In this document: one piece after another, positions 60,606 to 64,000 of the stretch
Layout of the letters: every line of letters begins with the position of its first letter
Numbering within the stretch: position 1 is the first letter of the stretch
Origin: Anthoceros angustus
Lineage: Eukaryota; Plantae; Anthocerotophyta
DNA length: 64,000 bases
Direction of reading: 5' to 3'
Assembly: GCA_010909165.1 (NCBI GenBank)
Contig: VJWM01000144.1
Span: 496,001-560,000, forward strand
The notes under the pieces: model-generated
The model's database searches: none
What the model was told of the DNA's origin: nothing
Seen by the model: the letters and a program-made list of their open reading frames with translations, nothing else
Made by a program: the position numbers and the translations under genes

Positions 60606-63600
60606 ATGAAGCAACCTGGTGGTCTCAAGGCTCTGATTAGAAGCAAGCCCGCTTCCCGCAGCCCTTCGGGCGATTGCTGGAGATGTCTTTCACTGTTGCG
60701 GGGCGCATCGGCACCGAGCACTTCTGCAGCTAATGATTGTGCATGGGGGGACGTTGGATCGGAGAAGGTAATTCTGACATTCATCAGCGCCCATGTTTGA
60801 AAGATCTGTTATGGAAGGTGTTAGGTGGCTTGGTAGGTCTTGACATGGATCGTTTCAGGGGCGCTGCAACCAGTGGGAATCTGTATGCGGAGCAAGTGCA
60901 CAATCCACGGGCTTTCAGAAAAAGCTTGGAGTCACAGACACTGCGTGGGAAGGATTCTACCAACGGAGTGAGGACTCTGGAAGGTCCAACTTGCTCTCGC
61001 TCGCATCATCTTCTTTGAATGGACTGTATTTTGTAGGCATGCTGAAGCTACGTAGCTGTGGCAGGCTGATGGGGACCAGAATCAGCCTTGCAGGTTGGGA
61101 AGGTGTAAGGAGGCCTTGGAGTGTGCAACTTGGAGGAAAGCGTGTGAAGAAGAGCAGCTCAATGAAGTCGTTGAAGCTTTGGACTTTCTGGTCCAGCGGG
61201 AGTGTTATGTTCCGGCGTCTGTTTTTCATACCGTCATCAAGGGGTGCACTTCAGATCAGGATGTGGTTGCTGGCAGGCATGTGCATGCTCTCACAGTTCA
61301 AAGTGGCCATGAGTCAAACACATCCTTGGCTAACAATATCATCTCCATGTATGCTGCTCATGGGAAGTTACAGTGGGCTACACAGGTGTTCAGTAGTGTG
61401 GCTGCACCAAGTCCGTCTACTTGGGCTTCCATGATTTTGGCCTTTGCCGAGCATGGGGAGCCTTTGCAAGCTATCAACATGTATCGCCAAATGCGAGAAG
61501 CTGCGGTAGAGCCAACCAGCTATATATTTGTGGCCGTCCTTAAAGCGTGTGCCAGGGCTGCAGACTTAGCATCTGGCAAGGAGGTGCATGCTGACATTCT
61601 GGGCAGTGTGGTGCAGCTCAATACATATGTTGGGAACTGCCTGGTGGACATGTATGCAAAATGTGGGAGTGTAGCAGATGCTCGCAGAGTATTTGACAGA
61701 TTGCCCACAAAAGATTTGGTGACATGGAATGCTATGATCGCAGGATATGCTCAACATGGCTTTGGTCAACAGGCCCTTGCTCTCTTTGCAACTAAGCAAC
61801 AAGAGGATACCGCTCCAGCCAATTATGTGACATTTTTGTGTCTCTTGAAAGCCTGTGCAAGTTCGCGGGCTTCAAGTGAGGGAAAAAAGCTACATTCCCA
61901 GATTCAGAGACGAGGACTTGAAGATGATGTGGTGCTTGGCAGCAGCCTGGTGGATATGTATGCCAAATGTGGTTTATTACAAGATGCTCAGAGAGTATTT
62001 GACAGGTTGCCCCGAAAGAATGTGGTTACATGGACAGCCATCATCGGAGGATATGCAGAGAATGGATTTGGTCAAGAAGCTCTGAATCTTTATAGTCGGA
62101 TGCAACAGGATTGTGTCAGTCCTGCCAATCATATCACCTTTGTTTGTCTCCTGAAAGCTTGCGCTAGTGTTGGAGCTTTACACGAGGTAAAACAGCTGCA
62201 CTCCCAAATACAAGAAAAAGGCCTAGAAACTGACGTGGCTGTTGGGAATATATTGGTAGACACGTATGTCAAATGTGGGAACCAGAATGATGCTCGTGCA
62301 GTATTTGACAAATTGCCCGTGAAGGACAGTATGTCATGGAATGCGTTGATCTCTGGGTATGTCCATCAGGGTTTGGGTCATGAAGCCCTTACTCTATACG
62401 CGAGGATGAAAAAAGAAGCAGGTGCTTTATCCGATTGTTCTACATTTGGCTGCCTCCTGAAAGCATGTTCAAGTGTCAGAGCTCTTCGTCAGGGCAAGGA
62501 GCTTCATGATGCAATCAAGAGACAAGGACTGGAAACTGATGATAGTCTTGGAAACAGCCTGGTAGACATGTATGCAAAATGTGGGGGCATAGAGGATGCT
62601 CGGGGAGTCTTCGAAAGATTGCCCACCAAGGATATAACAGCATGGAATGCTCTGATTGCTGCATATGTTGAGAATGGTCAGAACCATGATGCAGTTGCTT
62701 TGTATCAGAGGATGCAAGTTGAGGGTATTACTGCAGCCAATCGCGCTACATTCCTGCCCTTATTGAAAGCAACTGCTAGCCTTGGAGCCCTACACCAGGG
62801 TAAACAACTTCATTTCAAGATCAAGGAAGGGGGACTGGAAGGAGACGTTGTCGTTGGCAGCTGCCTGGTGGACATGTATGCAAAATGTCACAGCTTACAG
62901 GATGCCTGCGAGTTGTTTGAGAGGTTGCCCACCAAAAATGTGGTGACATGGACTGCCCTGATTGCGGGATATGCTCGCCACGGGCTTGGCAAAGAATCCT
63001 TGAGTCTGTTTGAAAAAATGCAACTGGACGGTGCCACTCCAGCTGATAATGTTACGTTAGGGTGTGTACTGAAAGTGTGTGCAGCTGTCAGATCTTTAGA
63101 TAAGGGCAGAGAAGTACACTCCCAGATTGAAGAAAGGGGGCTGGCAGGTGATGTAGTCATCAGCAACAGCCTGGTGGACATGTATGCAAAATGTGGGAGT
63201 CTAGAGGAGGCCCGCAGAGTATTTGACAGATTGCCAACCAGAGACGTGTTGGCATGGAATGCAATCATTTCTGGATATGCTGAGCATGGTCTTGCTCAAG
63301 AAGCCCTGTCTCTTTTTGCAAGTATGCAAGGTGAGAGTACCATTCAAGCAGATCATATTACTTACGTGTGCCTCCTGAAAGCATGTGCACGTGTCAGGGC
63401 GTTACAGGAGGGAAAAGAACTTCATGCCCAGATTCAGAAAAGAGGACTAGAAGATCATGTAATTGTTGGCAACGGTCTGATAGACATGTATGCAAAATGT
63501 GGTGATTTAGATCACGCACGTATAGTATTCGACAGATTACCAGCAAGGGATGTGGTAACATGGACTGCCATGATTGCAGGATATGCTCAGCATGGGCTCG

Positions 63601-64000
63601 GTCAAGAAGCCCTCTCTGTCTATGCACGTATGCAAGAGGAGGGTCTGACACCAACAGACCATGTTGCATATGCTTGCCTCCTCAGAGCGTGTGCCAGCAT
63701 CGGATCCATACATCATGGGAAACAAGTCCATGCTCAGATAGAAAAAAGAGGACTGGAGGGTGAAGTTACTATCAGAAATGGCTTGGTTGACATGTATGCG
63801 AAATGTGGGAGTTTAGAGGATGCTCGTATGGTGTTTGACCAATCGCCAGCAAGAGATGTTGTAACATGGACGGCAATGATATCAGGTTACGCACACCAGG
63901 GGCTAGGTCAGGAAGCCCTTGTTCTGTACGAGGGTATGCAACAGGAGGGCATCGCAGCTGATCCTGTTACTTTTGTCTGCCTCCTGAAAGCTTGTGCTAG
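60606..64000 (+). CDS. PLS-class PPR protein (probable organellar RNA-editing factor), truncated by the window end; 5' exons uncertain
   Basis: Open frame from 61065 to the edge. The DMYAKCG motif recurs every 306 nt (61647, 61953, 62259, 62565, 62871, 63177, 63483, 63789), giving P-L-S triplets of 102 aa. A phase-0 intron is likely at about 60969-61064. A transit-peptide-like exon starts at 60606. Confidence 0.93.

Overview
This is eukaryotic nuclear DNA from a gene-dense land plant with short introns and flagellated sperm. Introns are mostly 70-200 nt GT-AG, there is a long PLS-class PPR gene, and alpha-tubulin acetyltransferase and centrin-like genes are present. A hornwort (Anthoceros-like) fits best; this is inference. 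It is not prokaryotic and there is no CRISPR array. Bases 1-10000 are an accessory zone: a decayed TIR-bounded Mutator-like element, three Mx/DRP4-like dynamin fragments and an intact intronless CHAT (caspase-like) protease gene. About 17 further genes follow: secretory PLA2 (absent from the ORF track, rebuilt from 4 exons), a WD40 protein, TFB5, a DUSP12/YVH1-type zinc-binding protein, a plastid sigma factor, a NUMOD3 protein (partly tandem-duplicated), an AT-rich EF-hand gene, alphaTAT1, an LCAT3-like phospholipase, UGGT, SRP19, an HLS1-like GNAT, a PAT11-like DHHC protein, CAF1, a plastid RRM protein, an unknown membrane protein and a PLS PPR gene cut by the window edge. A degenerate Ty3/gypsy remnant lies at about 35-36 kb. 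The most striking observations: (1) TFB5 and the zinc-binding gene are only 20 nt apart on one strand, a candidate bicistronic mRNA; (2) a CHAT protease flanked by Mx-like dynamin remnants; (3) a UGGT that keeps only its first intron; (4) alphaTAT1 with two homologous alternative terminal exons; (5) an sPLA2 with a GPI-signal-like tail. All exon boundaries and alignments were read by eye. Family assignments rest on remembered motifs, not database searches.
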